In this document: piece by piece, positions 23,336 to 31,991 of the stretch
How the letters are laid out: every line of letters begins with the position of its first letter
How positions within the stretch are numbered: position 1 is the first letter of the stretch
Position numbers and translations under genes: made by a program
Assembly: GCA_043758815.1 (NCBI GenBank)
Contig: JAYVMS010000009.1
Location: 1 to 37,718, forward strand
Length of the DNA stretch: 37,718 nucleotides
DNA from: a bacterium
GTDB taxonomy: Bacteria > Patescibacteriota > Minisyncoccia > Phycocordibacterales > UBA6899
Direction: 5' to 3'
The notes under the pieces: model-generated
What the model was told of the DNA's origin: nothing
The model's database searches: none
Seen by the model: only the letters and a program-made list of their open reading frames with translations

Positions 23336-25255
23336 TTATTGAACGACGTTATACATGTCCTTTGTCGCCTTTGGATCCGTATTGAGCTTCGTCGTAATAT
23401 CCTCCCTATCTTGTGCAAGCGATTCACCAGTGAATGAGTCTGTGCCATCGAAGTGGATATTATTCATGAGTGTCGGGAAGCTTGCCACCTGACTTAAACT
23501 TGGAGTAAGGATAATCTGGAATGCAACCTCGCGTGGTGGCTTGCCCACTCCGGTGCCCGCAGGAATGTCTCCCGGTACCCAGGTTATCTGGTGAGTATTT
23601 TGATTGTAGGTGATATTTTCTTTGTTCGGATATACTGCTCCAGCCCATGTCACATATGGTGGCATGATAGCGCGTACTTGTGGATTACTGATGGTGTTTG
23701 AGATGTTAACAATATCCCAAATTATGGTGTAGGTCGTTTCTTGTTCAACTTTCGGAGGAAGAGGTCCGGTATTCACAAAAGGTCCGGCATAATACACTGA
23801 ACGCGCGGTGAATTGTGCCTGCGATGTGACCTTAACGTTCTGTGTGATTGCGGTCTTCACTTCTTCTGGTACACCGGCTTCCGAGATACGCTTTCCACGC
23901 ACGGTCACCTCGGCCGTGATGGTCGGGTTCGTCAAAAGCTGGGTTCCTGAGATCGCGGGCATTGGCAAGAATGAAAAACCAACACTACCCTTGTCGCCTG
24001 CTTCAAGCACTGCGAGTGCGGGACTGGAACGTTCATCCCAAAATATCGTATCGTCAGATGAACGATAAAATCCATCATGCGCAATAACGGTAGTTCGATC
24101 GAGTGCGACTCCACTTAGCTTGACCTCGATCTGCGCATTGATGATCTTCGTCGGGAGATTGTTGAGCCAATTGACCTCGCCCGCAATTCGCTGTCCAAAG
24201 TGAGCGGTCGCCTGTTCGGCAGACTTCCCATTCAACAAAAGAGCGATGCCAATAAAAGGACGCTGCACTATCAAACTTGAGAGCTGTGTTGAATACATAA
24301 CACTGATATTGCGTTCAGTTTGATCACTTCCGGCGCCGACGCTTGTATGAAAGACCTTTTCTTGCGTATCTTCACCGGCAAGTATCCCCCTGATGCGTAT
24401 CTTGAATTTACTTGCAGGGTCCATGGTACCGATACGCCAGATGTTGTTACCAAAAGTCGGCTTCGGGTCAGTGTCGGTCAGGGTAAATCCGAGCGGAAAT
24501 TCAACCTTTACGAGCACATCGCGAAGTGGAATAACGGTATTTGAGGCGGCATTGACACCCAACTCAATCTCTTGTCCGGAGTTCACTTCTTTGAGAGTGT
24601 CGACGGTGAGATTCACCGGCGCGGCGAGAAGGTGGACCGGACGTACCTCGTCCTTCGTAAAGACTGAGTTGATATTTGCGAAGCGATACTCGAGACTGGC
24701 GTGCAGTTCTTTGTCGGTATTTTCTTCACCAAGGAAGACAGCCTTCGTGTGATACTCGACGACTTGACCAGGGGCAATTTGCCCGAGCACTTTTTTCTCA
24801 TCATGGAGATCCTTTTCGGGAGTGTCGCCCATGCGTGTACCTGGTGGGTAGACAATGGTGAGATTGGCATACTCCAGAGCGATACGGTTCTGGTTGCTAA
24901 TGCGTACCAATATATCTGCAGGAACTCCAGGAGTAGTGCCAACGGGAACATCAAAAGCGATGAGGATGTTTTTATCGGATGGTTTAGCGAATGGATCAAA
25001 GAGATTATATAAAAGAAAGCTTGCTGAGCCGAAAGTGACAAGCACGGCGAGCACAACAAGGGCCTTGAGGATCTTTACTCCCCCGGTTCGCTTTTCTCTG
25101 TCGTGAACGATCGTTGTATCTCCCCAGTCGTCTGCCACGTCGATATCAAGCGGTGAGAGATCGGCATTCGTGCCGGTGTTGTGACCCTCTGCATCTGGCT
25201 GGTAAAGACCTCGCTTTACCTTCTCGATACGACTGCTTTCATACTCAGTGTCCAT
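23336..25255 (-). CDS. Membrane-anchored (type II) beta-rich extracellular protein of unknown function
   Basis: A polar N-terminus is followed by one TM (ILKALVVLAVLVTFGSASFLLY) and then ~560 aa of beta-strand-like sequence. An extended -10 (TGGTATAAT) ends 8 nt upstream of the ATG. Confidence 0.8.
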   Translation of the reverse strand: MDTEYESSRIEKVKRGLYQPDAEGHNTGTNADLSPLDIDVADDWGDTTIVHDREKRTGGVKILKALVVLAVLVTFGSASFLLYNLFDPFAKPSDKNILIAFDVPVGTTPGVPADILVRISNQNRIALEYANLTIVYPPGTRMGDTPEKDLHDEKKVLGQIAPGQVVEYHTKAVFLGEENTDKELHASLEYRFANINSVFTKDEVRPVHLLAAPVNLTVDTLKEVNSGQEIELGVNAASNTVIPLRDVLVKVEFPLGFTLTDTDPKPTFGNNIWRIGTMDPASKFKIRIRGILAGEDTQEKVFHTSVGAGSDQTERNISVMYSTQLSSLIVQRPFIGIALLLNGKSAEQATAHFGQRIAGEVNWLNNLPTKIINAQIEVKLSGVALDRTTVIAHDGFYRSSDDTIFWDERSSPALAVLEAGDKGSVGFSFLPMPAISGTQLLTNPTITAEVTVRGKRISEAGVPEEVKTAITQNVKVTSQAQFTARSVYYAGPFVNTGPLPPKVEQETTYTIIWDIVNISNTISNPQVRAIMPPYVTWAGAVYPNKENITYNQNTHQITWVPGDIPAGTGVGKPPREVAFQIILTPSLSQVASFPTLMNNIHFDGTDSFTGESLAQDREDITTKLNTDPKATKDMYNVVQ

Positions 25256-25303
25256 AGATAAATATTATACCACTCCTCTTTAGGTTCTGTATAAGGTACG
25301 AGA

Positions 25304-25891
25304 CTACAGCTGTGTCTCGCGCAGAGCCTGATTGATGCCCACCAAAAGCGGGGCGCGCAAAGCCTCCGCGAATGCGAGGGTCATGTCGCTCCAAGGACTC
25401 TCTCCCAAGAGTGGCTGAAAAACTTCATTCTCCTCCCAATAGCCGAGATGGTAGAGAAGGCGAACCACAAATACGAGCTCTGCAGTACGAAGCACTGCTT
25501 CATGCCGAACATCTTTGAGGAATTGTAATCCAGATAATATATCATCAAAAAGTTTTTCATGTCGCTCCTCTCCCTGTATCAGACGACGAAGCAACTGTGC
25601 ATGCTGTGCGTACAGCACACGCTTTCCCGAATGCTCCCACAGCGCAGCAAATGAGTCGACAGGCCGCGCTGAAATAAGTTTCCACCCATGCTTTCCGTGA
25701 ATGACGTCGAGTTCTGCGTGTGAGAACATTTGCAGTGCGTAGCGCAGGCGCGACCGTCCTTCGCGCAAACTTTTTGCATGCGCAGCTATAAGCCCGAGCT
25801 CGCGCGTATAGCAGTAAAGCACCTGATCGCCTTCCCCACTCGGTTTTCCTCCCAATATTATAGCTTCGGTATGATAGATATGATACGCCAT
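25304..25891 (-). CDS. recO: DNA repair protein RecO (short form)
   Basis: The N-terminal OB-fold pattern is TEAIILGGKPSGEGDQVLYCYTRELGLIAAHAKSLRE..SRLRYALQMFSHAELDV. The call is by similarity of pattern only. Confidence 0.7.
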   Translation of the reverse strand: MAYHIYHTEAIILGGKPSGEGDQVLYCYTRELGLIAAHAKSLREGRSRLRYALQMFSHAELDVIHGKHGWKLISARPVDSFAALWEHSGKRVLYAQHAQLLRRLIQGEERHEKLFDDILSGLQFLKDVRHEAVLRTAELVFVVRLLYHLGYWEENEVFQPLLGESPWSDMTLAFAEALRAPLLVGINQALRETQL

Positions 25892-25898
25892 GGCGCTA

Positions 25899-28800
25899 TT
25901 ATACCTTGCGAACGGTTATGGTGAGTCCTGCAGATGTGGCGTCTTTAAGAACGAGTGTGCCTCCCTCGGGAAGTTTTTTTTCGAATAGAATTATATTTGC
26001 CGCTTTCTCGAGCTCATTTTTATATTTTTCAATCAGCGCTTCAATTGCTGTGTCACCTTGATATGTGAGGGCGATGGTGTTGTCGGGGACAAGCTGAAGC
26101 GTCTTCCGATTTTCTTGGATGAGTCGGATGAGGTCGCGTAATACGCCTTCGTCTTTGAGTTCGGGAGTGATAACGGTATCGAGCAGAACCGCACTCACAT
26201 CAACCTGATCAGTGACGATGACATTCTTCACATTCACCTCATCGGCAATGATGGCGAGTAATTCTCCCTTACTCTTCAAGGTTCTCGCATTCACCGAAAG
26301 TGAGGCGAGCGGTTGGCGCACCTTAATCCCCGCTTTGACACGCGCATCGAGCGCAAGCGAGACCAGGCGACGCACTTCTTCCATGTCTCCCAAAATAGTG
26401 CTTGCGGCGATGCCAACTTCATTCCAACCTTCAAGATGAACGCTCTCCTTCTTATTGTCGATCTTGAGGCGCTGATAGATATCCTCCGCAAGAAACGGCA
26501 TGAAGGGGGCAATAAGTTTTGCAAATTGAAAAAGTATCCAACCGGTCGTACGCACGGCTTCGCTTCCACCGTCATTGTGTGACTCTTCCTTAAAGCGCTC
26601 ACGCGAACGGCGCAAGTACCACGTGGAAAGATCGTCAACAAAGGGCAAGACCGGACGAGCCGCACGGTCGAGTTCGTGATTATCGAGGAAATGCGTTATC
26701 TCTGCATGCGCCTCAAGGAAGCGAGCAAGTATCCACTGGTCAAGCACACTCGTACTTTTCGGTGACTCGCGCGATATGAGCTCTAGCCCTTGATACATCT
26801 CGTAGAACGAGCAGACATTGCCAATACGTAGAGTTATCTTTTTGAATACCTCATCGACACCCGTTGTGACAAAGCGTAATTCTTCTCCGCGCACCGCAGG
26901 TGAAGACAACAAGTAGTAACGCAGTGCATCTGCGCCATACTTCTCCACCACCTCCATCGGGTCGGGGTAATTCTTGAGCTTCTTGGACATCTTTTGTCCA
27001 TCTTCAGCAAGAATAAGGCCGTTAACAATGACACTCTTATAGGGCGAACGATCAAAAAGACCGGTAGAAAGTATGAGGAGCGTATAGAACCACCCACGCG
27101 TTTGATCAATTCCTTCGGCGATAAAATCCGCTGGAAAATTCTTTATGAATTGCTTGCCGTCTTCAGTGCGCTCGTCGCCCATGTAGTGGAACTGCGCGAA
27201 TGGCATTGCCCCTGACTCAAACCAGCAGTCGAAAACATCGTGGACGCGCGTCATCGTACCTAGGCCGCAGGTACATTGATAGGTCGTTTGCACGTCGACA
27301 AAAGGGCGATGGAAATCGAGTTCATATCTGCGATTGTGAGAAAGCGGAGCGAAGTGGAACTCGCGTGATTCACCAGTAGCAATAAAATCATCCTCACCAT
27401 CTAGGCGCATGCGTGAAGCCTCCTCATTGGTTGCTCCGCGCGCAGCTGCCTGCATCATCCACACACCGTACTCATGAGTGACAAAGAGAATGGTCTTGCC
27501 TTTATATTTTGCATCGACATCATAAAGAAACGCTGCTATACGCGATTTCATCTCTTCAAGGGTCTCGCCATTGGGCGGGCGTTTGTAAAATTTTTCAAGC
27601 GTATCATTGAAGTGACTACGATAGTCTTCTATCGGGCAACCATTGAAGTCGCCGGTATTTACTTCAGCGATACGTGCATCGAAGATAACCTGCTCAGGTG
27701 TAAGGCCCATTGCTTCGGAGACGAGGAGCGCTGTCTGCTTAGTGCGGAGTACGGGCGATGCGATGATGAGGTCAATATTTTTATCTTGGCTCTTAAGGAG
27801 CGCTTCGAGCTTCTTGGCGGTAACCTTAACCTCGCTTTCGCCTTTTGCTGTGAGCGGGAATGGATCTTCTGACTTATAGCTGACGATGCCTTTGGCATTA
27901 CTCTCAGACTCACCGTGGCGCATGACAAAATACGTATTGCCTGAAGTAAGCTTGGTCTTGAGCTCTTCGGCACTGCCCATCACCTCGGTTTTTGCGCATT
28001 TGTTGCATTTCCAAACTGGAATAGGTGCGCCCCAGTAACGCGTACGTGATATTGCCCAGTCGCGAGCGCCCTCAAGCCATTTCCCGAAGCGACCTTCACC
28101 CATATGCTCGGGTATCCATGAGATCTCTTTGTTTTCCTCAAGCAGGCGAGGCTTTAGTTTGATGACATCAACGAACCACGACGAGGCAGCGTAATTAAGA
28201 AGCGGAGTATCGCAGCGCCAACAATGCGGGTAGGAGTGGTTGATATTTTCTTTTGCAAAAAATAGCCCGTGTGCTTGTAAGTACTTGAGCATTGCAATAT
28301 CCGTGCCGAGGCGGACCCTATCATCTTCGGACTTAGGCTTTACGGACATGCCGGCAAAATGCTTGACCTCAGGCTTGATCTCGCCGTTCATGCGCACGTG
28401 CTGAATGAACGGAAGCTTCATCTTCTTTCCGAGTTCCATGTCGACTTCACCAAATGCAGGTGCCTCATGCGCGATACCGGTACCATCCTCTGCGGTAACG
28501 AAATCGGCAGCATAGATTTTCCAGCCATTCTCGCGATTCTCGAGTTTCTCATCAGATGCATAATAATTAAAGAGCGGTGTATATGCTTTCCCAATAAGGT
28601 CGCGGCCAAACACTGAAGTCTCCGTCATCAAAGGCACTCCCTCTGCTTCGGTTTCAATTGCTGCCTTTTTCAATATCTCTTGTACGCGTGCTTTCGCAAT
28701 TATGTAGGTATTTCCTGCATGTACGCCGCTTGCGAAGCAAATCTTGGCGTACTCAATATCAGCTCCGACGGCGATGGCAACATTGCCCGGTAAGGTCCAC

Positions 28801-29513
28801 GGCGTAGTCGTCCATGCGATCAAAAATGTCTTGGGTTCATCCACGAGTTCGAATTTCACGTACACGGAAATGTCTTTCACGTCCTTGTAGTTCATGCCGA
28901 CCTCAGATATTGCGAGTGTCGTCTCGCAGCGCGGACAGACATGCATGGACTTGAATCCCTCATAGATAAGTTTCTTGTCGTGAAGAGTTTTGAATGCCCA
29001 CCAGATTGAGTCGGTATAGGTCGCGTCCATGGTCTTGTATTCTTTGTCCATGTCGACCCAGCGGCCCATGCGCGAGACTATCGAACGCCACTCTTTGTCG
29101 TAAGTGAGCACACTTTCGCGCGCTTTTTGATTGAAGTTTTCGATACCATACTCTTCGATATCCTTTTTGGTTTTAAATCCAAGCTCTTTCTCAATCAGGT
29201 TCTCAATAGGAAGTCCATGGCAATCCCAGCCCCACTCGCGTCTAACATAACGACCGCGCATTGTCTGAAAGCGCGGAACGACGTCTTTGATAGTGCCTGC
29301 GAGTAGGTGACCATAATGCGGGAGTCCGGTTGCAAACGGCGGGCCATCATAGAAAACATACGGTTCATTGTCTTTGGTGGCGTCGAGGGTTTTCTCGAAA
29401 ATATCATTATCTTTCCAGAATTTTTGTATGGCTTCTTCGCGCTCGGATACGCTCATTTCCCCATCTTTCCCCACACTGCCATTGTTCTTCTTTTTATCAT
29501 CTACTTTATCCAT
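25899..29513 (-). CDS. ileS: Isoleucyl-tRNA synthetase (type 2-like) with an inserted histidine-phosphatase domain
   Basis: HIGH is PHYGHLLAG and KMSKS is KMSKKLKN. The editing-domain motif TTTPWTLPGN and WAISRTRYWGAPIPVW are present. The 1204-aa length exceeds usual IleRS by ~200 aa. Confidence 0.95.
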   Translation of the reverse strand: MDKVDDKKKNNGSVGKDGEMSVSEREEAIQKFWKDNDIFEKTLDATKDNEPYVFYDGPPFATGLPHYGHLLAGTIKDVVPRFQTMRGRYVRREWGWDCHGLPIENLIEKELGFKTKKDIEEYGIENFNQKARESVLTYDKEWRSIVSRMGRWVDMDKEYKTMDATYTDSIWWAFKTLHDKKLIYEGFKSMHVCPRCETTLAISEVGMNYKDVKDISVYVKFELVDEPKTFLIAWTTTPWTLPGNVAIAVGADIEYAKICFASGVHAGNTYIIAKARVQEILKKAAIETEAEGVPLMTETSVFGRDLIGKAYTPLFNYYASDEKLENRENGWKIYAADFVTAEDGTGIAHEAPAFGEVDMELGKKMKLPFIQHVRMNGEIKPEVKHFAGMSVKPKSEDDRVRLGTDIAMLKYLQAHGLFFAKENINHSYPHCWRCDTPLLNYAASSWFVDVIKLKPRLLEENKEISWIPEHMGEGRFGKWLEGARDWAISRTRYWGAPIPVWKCNKCAKTEVMGSAEELKTKLTSGNTYFVMRHGESESNAKGIVSYKSEDPFPLTAKGESEVKVTAKKLEALLKSQDKNIDLIIASPVLRTKQTALLVSEAMGLTPEQVIFDARIAEVNTGDFNGCPIEDYRSHFNDTLEKFYKRPPNGETLEEMKSRIAAFLYDVDAKYKGKTILFVTHEYGVWMMQAAARGATNEEASRMRLDGEDDFIATGESREFHFAPLSHNRRYELDFHRPFVDVQTTYQCTCGLGTMTRVHDVFDCWFESGAMPFAQFHYMGDERTEDGKQFIKNFPADFIAEGIDQTRGWFYTLLILSTGLFDRSPYKSVIVNGLILAEDGQKMSKKLKNYPDPMEVVEKYGADALRYYLLSSPAVRGEELRFVTTGVDEVFKKITLRIGNVCSFYEMYQGLELISRESPKSTSVLDQWILARFLEAHAEITHFLDNHELDRAARPVLPFVDDLSTWYLRRSRERFKEESHNDGGSEAVRTTGWILFQFAKLIAPFMPFLAEDIYQRLKIDNKKESVHLEGWNEVGIAASTILGDMEEVRRLVSLALDARVKAGIKVRQPLASLSVNARTLKSKGELLAIIADEVNVKNVIVTDQVDVSAVLLDTVITPELKDEGVLRDLIRLIQENRKTLQLVPDNTIALTYQGDTAIEALIEKYKNELEKAANIILFEKKLPEGGTLVLKDATSAGLTITVRKV
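27440..27943 (-). other. Histidine phosphatase (phosphoglycerate-mutase superfamily, branch 1) domain embedded in IleRS
   Basis: All family motifs occur in order: YFVMRHGESESN (RHG at 27912-27920), PLTAKGESEV, IIASPVLRTKQTA, IAEVNTGDFNG, PPNGETLEEMKSR, and ILFVTHEYG (His codon at 27474-27476). Confidence 0.75.
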
Positions 29514-29644
29514 AGTAGCGATTATACTACACCGAGTCGCTTAATTCCGCACTATATTTCTCGTAAGCGGAAGTTACAAAAGGCTTTATTTCACGGTACT
29601 ATCCACAAAGAAAGTACCGCTCATTCTATCGTAAGGAGAAACAA

Positions 29645-30037
29645 ATGTTACAAAAACGCATCAGCGCACTCGGGAGACGCTTGGGTTCATTTCTTTCAGG
29701 ACCACACTCCGTACTCTTTGCTTGCTGTTTTGTCTTTTCTCTGACATTCGGTCTTTTCTTCGTTTGGTCGATCAAAGCCGTCGAAGAAGGCGAGATGTAT
29801 CTCGCATGGTTGCCATTCGTTTTTATTTTCTTCACTTGGAAGGTGGTGATCAAAAGGCCGGAATATCTCCTCATGCTCTACCACCGCAGCGCTTGGATGC
29901 TGATCAAGAAATTCATCAAACCACTTAAGGTCGAGCGGCATGATCCCAACAAGCCCCATCTACGAGATGGGCTCATCACCTTGATCCAAGTCGGCTACGT
30001 ACTCGGTGTGCTGATTTCGTTCTTAGATTTTATTTAA
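29645..30037 (+). CDS. Small (130-aa) membrane protein of unknown function
   Basis: SD AAGGAG lies 6 nt upstream of the ATG. There are three hydrophobic segments. A bidirectional terminator follows. Confidence 0.7.
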   Translation: MLQKRISALGRRLGSFLSGPHSVLFACCFVFSLTFGLFFVWSIKAVEEGEMYLAWLPFVFIFFTWKVVIKRPEYLLMLYHRSAWMLIKKFIKPLKVERHDPNKPHLRDGLITLIQVGYVLGVLISFLDFI

Positions 30038-30053
30038 ACTTCTGAATTTTTCT

Positions 30054-30090
30054 AAAAAAATACGCACTCTCTAAGTGCGTATTATTGTTT
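30054..30090. terminator. Bidirectional intrinsic terminator between convergent genes
   Basis: AAAAAAA ATACGCACT ctcta AGTGCGTAT TATTGTTT, with a 9-bp perfect stem. Confidence 0.65.
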
Positions 30091-30094
30091 ACGG

Positions 30095-30448
30095 CTACGA
30101 AGCGTTACTGACGCGAACGGATTCGCCGCATCCGCAGGCCTCGAGGTTGTTGCCCCGAAGCACGAGAATCTTCCCGAGCGAACGAACTTCGAGTGCGACC
30201 GATAGATCTGTGATACCAATTGGAAGTTTATGCATGTCGCACACAAGCGTAAGTCCAGATACCTCGATCAGCGTATCTTCGTCAGGATCGACCATTGCAT
30301 TGGGCGTGAAGAGTGGCGAAAGGTCAGCGCACCCCTTGGCGGGCTTGAGTGAGAGCCGCACCGGTTGCAACTTGTTTTCGGTGAATCTACCGGCAGCTTC
30401 AAAGAATCTGTGGATATGGAGTGCCGCCTCCTCACTTATGCTGAGCAT
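30095..30448 (-). CDS. HesB/IscA-family iron-sulfur cluster insertion protein
   Basis: The C-terminal CGCGES signature, an upstream Cys (AKGCADL), and the ~117-aa length fit the family. SD is AAGGAGAG. Confidence 0.65.
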   Translation of the reverse strand: MLSISEEAALHIHRFFEAAGRFTENKLQPVRLSLKPAKGCADLSPLFTPNAMVDPDEDTLIEVSGLTLVCDMHKLPIGITDLSVALEVRSLGKILVLRGNNLEACGCGESVRVSNAS

Positions 30449-30475
30449 ATCTCTCTCCTTATTTAAAAGACCGAT

Positions 30476-30497
30476 GATATAGTCACGCGACTATATC
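30476..30497. promoter_or_regulatory. Perfect 9-bp inverted repeat (candidate operator or 5'-UTR hairpin) upstream of the IscA-like gene
   Basis: GATATAGTC acgc GACTATATC lies 28-49 nt upstream of the ATG at 30448. Confidence 0.4.
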
Positions 30498-30516
30498 GGC
30501 ATTCTATATGCTTCGG

Positions 30517-30546
30517 GAAAAAAGAAAAGCCCCCCAAAGCGGGGGC
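30517..30546 (-). terminator. Intrinsic terminator ending the long dCMP-deaminase...kinase operon
   Basis: The minus strand reads GCCCCC gctttg GGGGGC followed by TTTTCTTTTTTC. It starts 28 nt after the stop at 30574. Confidence 0.65.
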
Positions 30547-30573
30547 AAAAAAAAGTAGCTAAATATACGCAGA

Positions 30574-31326
30574 TTACGCGAGGATCCATTCGCCAACGAC
30601 TCGTTCCACATTTTGAGTGAGGAGTTCCTGTGTCTGATTGTTGTAAACGATCGCATGCGCGTACGGCTGCAAAAGCTTAATCTGATTTTCAGCTTCTGCG
30701 CCGCGCAATTTCTGGAACTCTACCCACGTCATGGTAGCATCATCGCTATTCTCTTTGCGACCCTGCATGCGACTAAATGCAACCCCGGGATTGCATTCAA
30801 GATAAAGCAGACGAAAGCGCTGGGAGTATAGCGGGTCACGAAGAAGTGTGCCGATATCGACAAGTCTGCGTACGCCTTCGATGATGCCTGAGATGGGCGA
30901 CGGGCTATGCATTTTTTCGATACGCGAAGCAACAGCGCGCTCAAGGATATTCTCAGCAAAGATACTGCGGAGTGCAGTAGACAGATCCTGTAGATGCACG
31001 CGGTCCAATTCGACACGAAAAAAATGTTTTCCGCCCCAATGTTTGGTCATCCAAAATGCGAATGTATCGAGTGCGTCGGCTCGGGCGGTGTGATCGAGTA
31101 CTTCAGGGTAAAAGATATCCTGAAATGCGTGCGTAAGTGCCGGATGTCTACCTGGCAGTATAACCTGATGACCAACGAGATCTCGCTTGACCCAGAGCAC
31201 GAACTCGCGCAGTGAATCAGAGTAGCGCGCGGATGGAGTGCCGGGATAACGGCGTTTGATAATGTCCGCGACCGTTGATTTCCCTGACAAAAATTCTCCC
31301 GTAACCCCCACCATAAGTCCCCGCAT
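30574..31326 (-). CDS. P-loop nucleotide/nucleoside kinase-like protein, a paralogue of 34628..35182 with an internal insertion
   Basis: P-loop GVTGEFLSGKST. It shares IEGVRRLVD and LLYLEC...RM..R.ENSDD...T..EF with the 184-aa paralogue. I chose the ATG at 31326, with SD GAAGGAGG 5 nt upstream. The track ORF begins at a GTG at 31341. Confidence 0.75.
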   Translation of the reverse strand: MRGLMVGVTGEFLSGKSTVADIIKRRYPGTPSARYSDSLREFVLWVKRDLVGHQVILPGRHPALTHAFQDIFYPEVLDHTARADALDTFAFWMTKHWGGKHFFRVELDRVHLQDLSTALRSIFAENILERAVASRIEKMHSPSPISGIIEGVRRLVDIGTLLRDPLYSQRFRLLYLECNPGVAFSRMQGRKENSDDATMTWVEFQKLRGAEAENQIKLLQPYAHAIVYNNQTQELLTQNVERVVGEWILA

Positions 31327-31444
31327 GACAACCTCCTTCACAATGTGAAAAACTCTCTCCGCTCATGGTAAGGGATTCTCAAAGACAGACAAGTTGACCA
31401 TGCAAATAATGTAGGTTGGAATCAATCACGTATCCAACTCAGAA

Positions 31445-31714
31445 TCATTTGTTGAATTCACTGATGTTCAGATTCTTCATATAACCAGTTTCGTTCCATG
31501 TTTTTACACCCTCCATATTGGCTATCTCAAGATGCAGATTATGCTGCGTCTTTAAGAGCTCAGTATATTCCACGCCATGCGATTTTTCTTGCATAAACAA
31601 TTTATAGCTGTGAAAACGATAAAAAAAACCTACAATAAGAAAATTCGCTATCAGGGTAATGACAACAAGTATTGTTAAACCATTCAGTTGAAGTACTTCT
31701 TTGCGTTCATTCAT
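31445..31714 (-). CDS. Small bitopic membrane protein, FtsL/DivIC-like (TM plus coiled coil)
   Basis: MNERKEVLQLNGLTILVVITLIANFLIVGFFY is followed by a heptad-like helix. I took the internal ATG (31714) of track ORF 31445..31828 because the longer form overlaps the upstream gene by ~110 nt. Confidence 0.6.
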   Translation of the reverse strand: MNERKEVLQLNGLTILVVITLIANFLIVGFFYRFHSYKLFMQEKSHGVEYTELLKTQHNLHLEIANMEGVKTWNETGYMKNLNISEFNK

Positions 31715-31718
31715 ATAA

Positions 31719-31988
31719 TCATTTTTTAGCGCTCGTAGTGGTCGATGAAGCTTCCGTTTGGGTCGTGATTGCGCTTGTGCTCGCCATCTTAGACTTGAGT
31801 TGTTCGCGATAAATAATAAGGCGAGCAATATCTTCTTTTACGACGAGTGATTCTTTTTCATCCGCGACGCGCATTTCATGCAGGCCCATTGTGTGCCACA
31901 CGAAGCCGAAGAGCCCCGTTGCAAGCATCGTGCAAAAGACCACCATCCATACATTTACCATTGATGTCGGTTCAGTTTCATTCTCCAT
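31719..31988 (-). CDS. Small bitopic membrane protein, FtsB/DivIC-like
   Basis: The TM is VNVWMVVFCTMLATGLFGFVW. A charged helix (EKESLVVKEDIARLIIYREQLKSK) and a Ser/Thr tail follow. It starts 3 nt after the argS stop. Confidence 0.6.
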   Translation of the reverse strand: MENETEPTSMVNVWMVVFCTMLATGLFGFVWHTMGLHEMRVADEKESLVVKEDIARLIIYREQLKSKMASTSAITTQTEASSTTTSAKK

Positions 31989-31991
31989 ACA

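Noticed and set aside
29514-29644. A possible T-box or other leader upstream of ileS.
   Set aside because: Only 131 nt separate ileS from the divergent gene. A TATAAT box ends 7 nt before the ATG, so there is no room for a leader. Only a 7-bp hairpin (29594-29619) is present, and there is no T-box consensus.
29626-29959. Overlapping ORFs 29626..29874(-), 29696..29959(-) and 29722..29928(+).
   Set aside because: All overlap the SD-preceded plus-strand membrane-protein gene 29645..30037 and lack translation signals.
30075-30482. A 135-aa plus-strand ORF.
   Set aside because: It is antisense to the IscA/HesB-like gene, whose CGCG signature identifies the real frame. It also runs through the bidirectional terminator.
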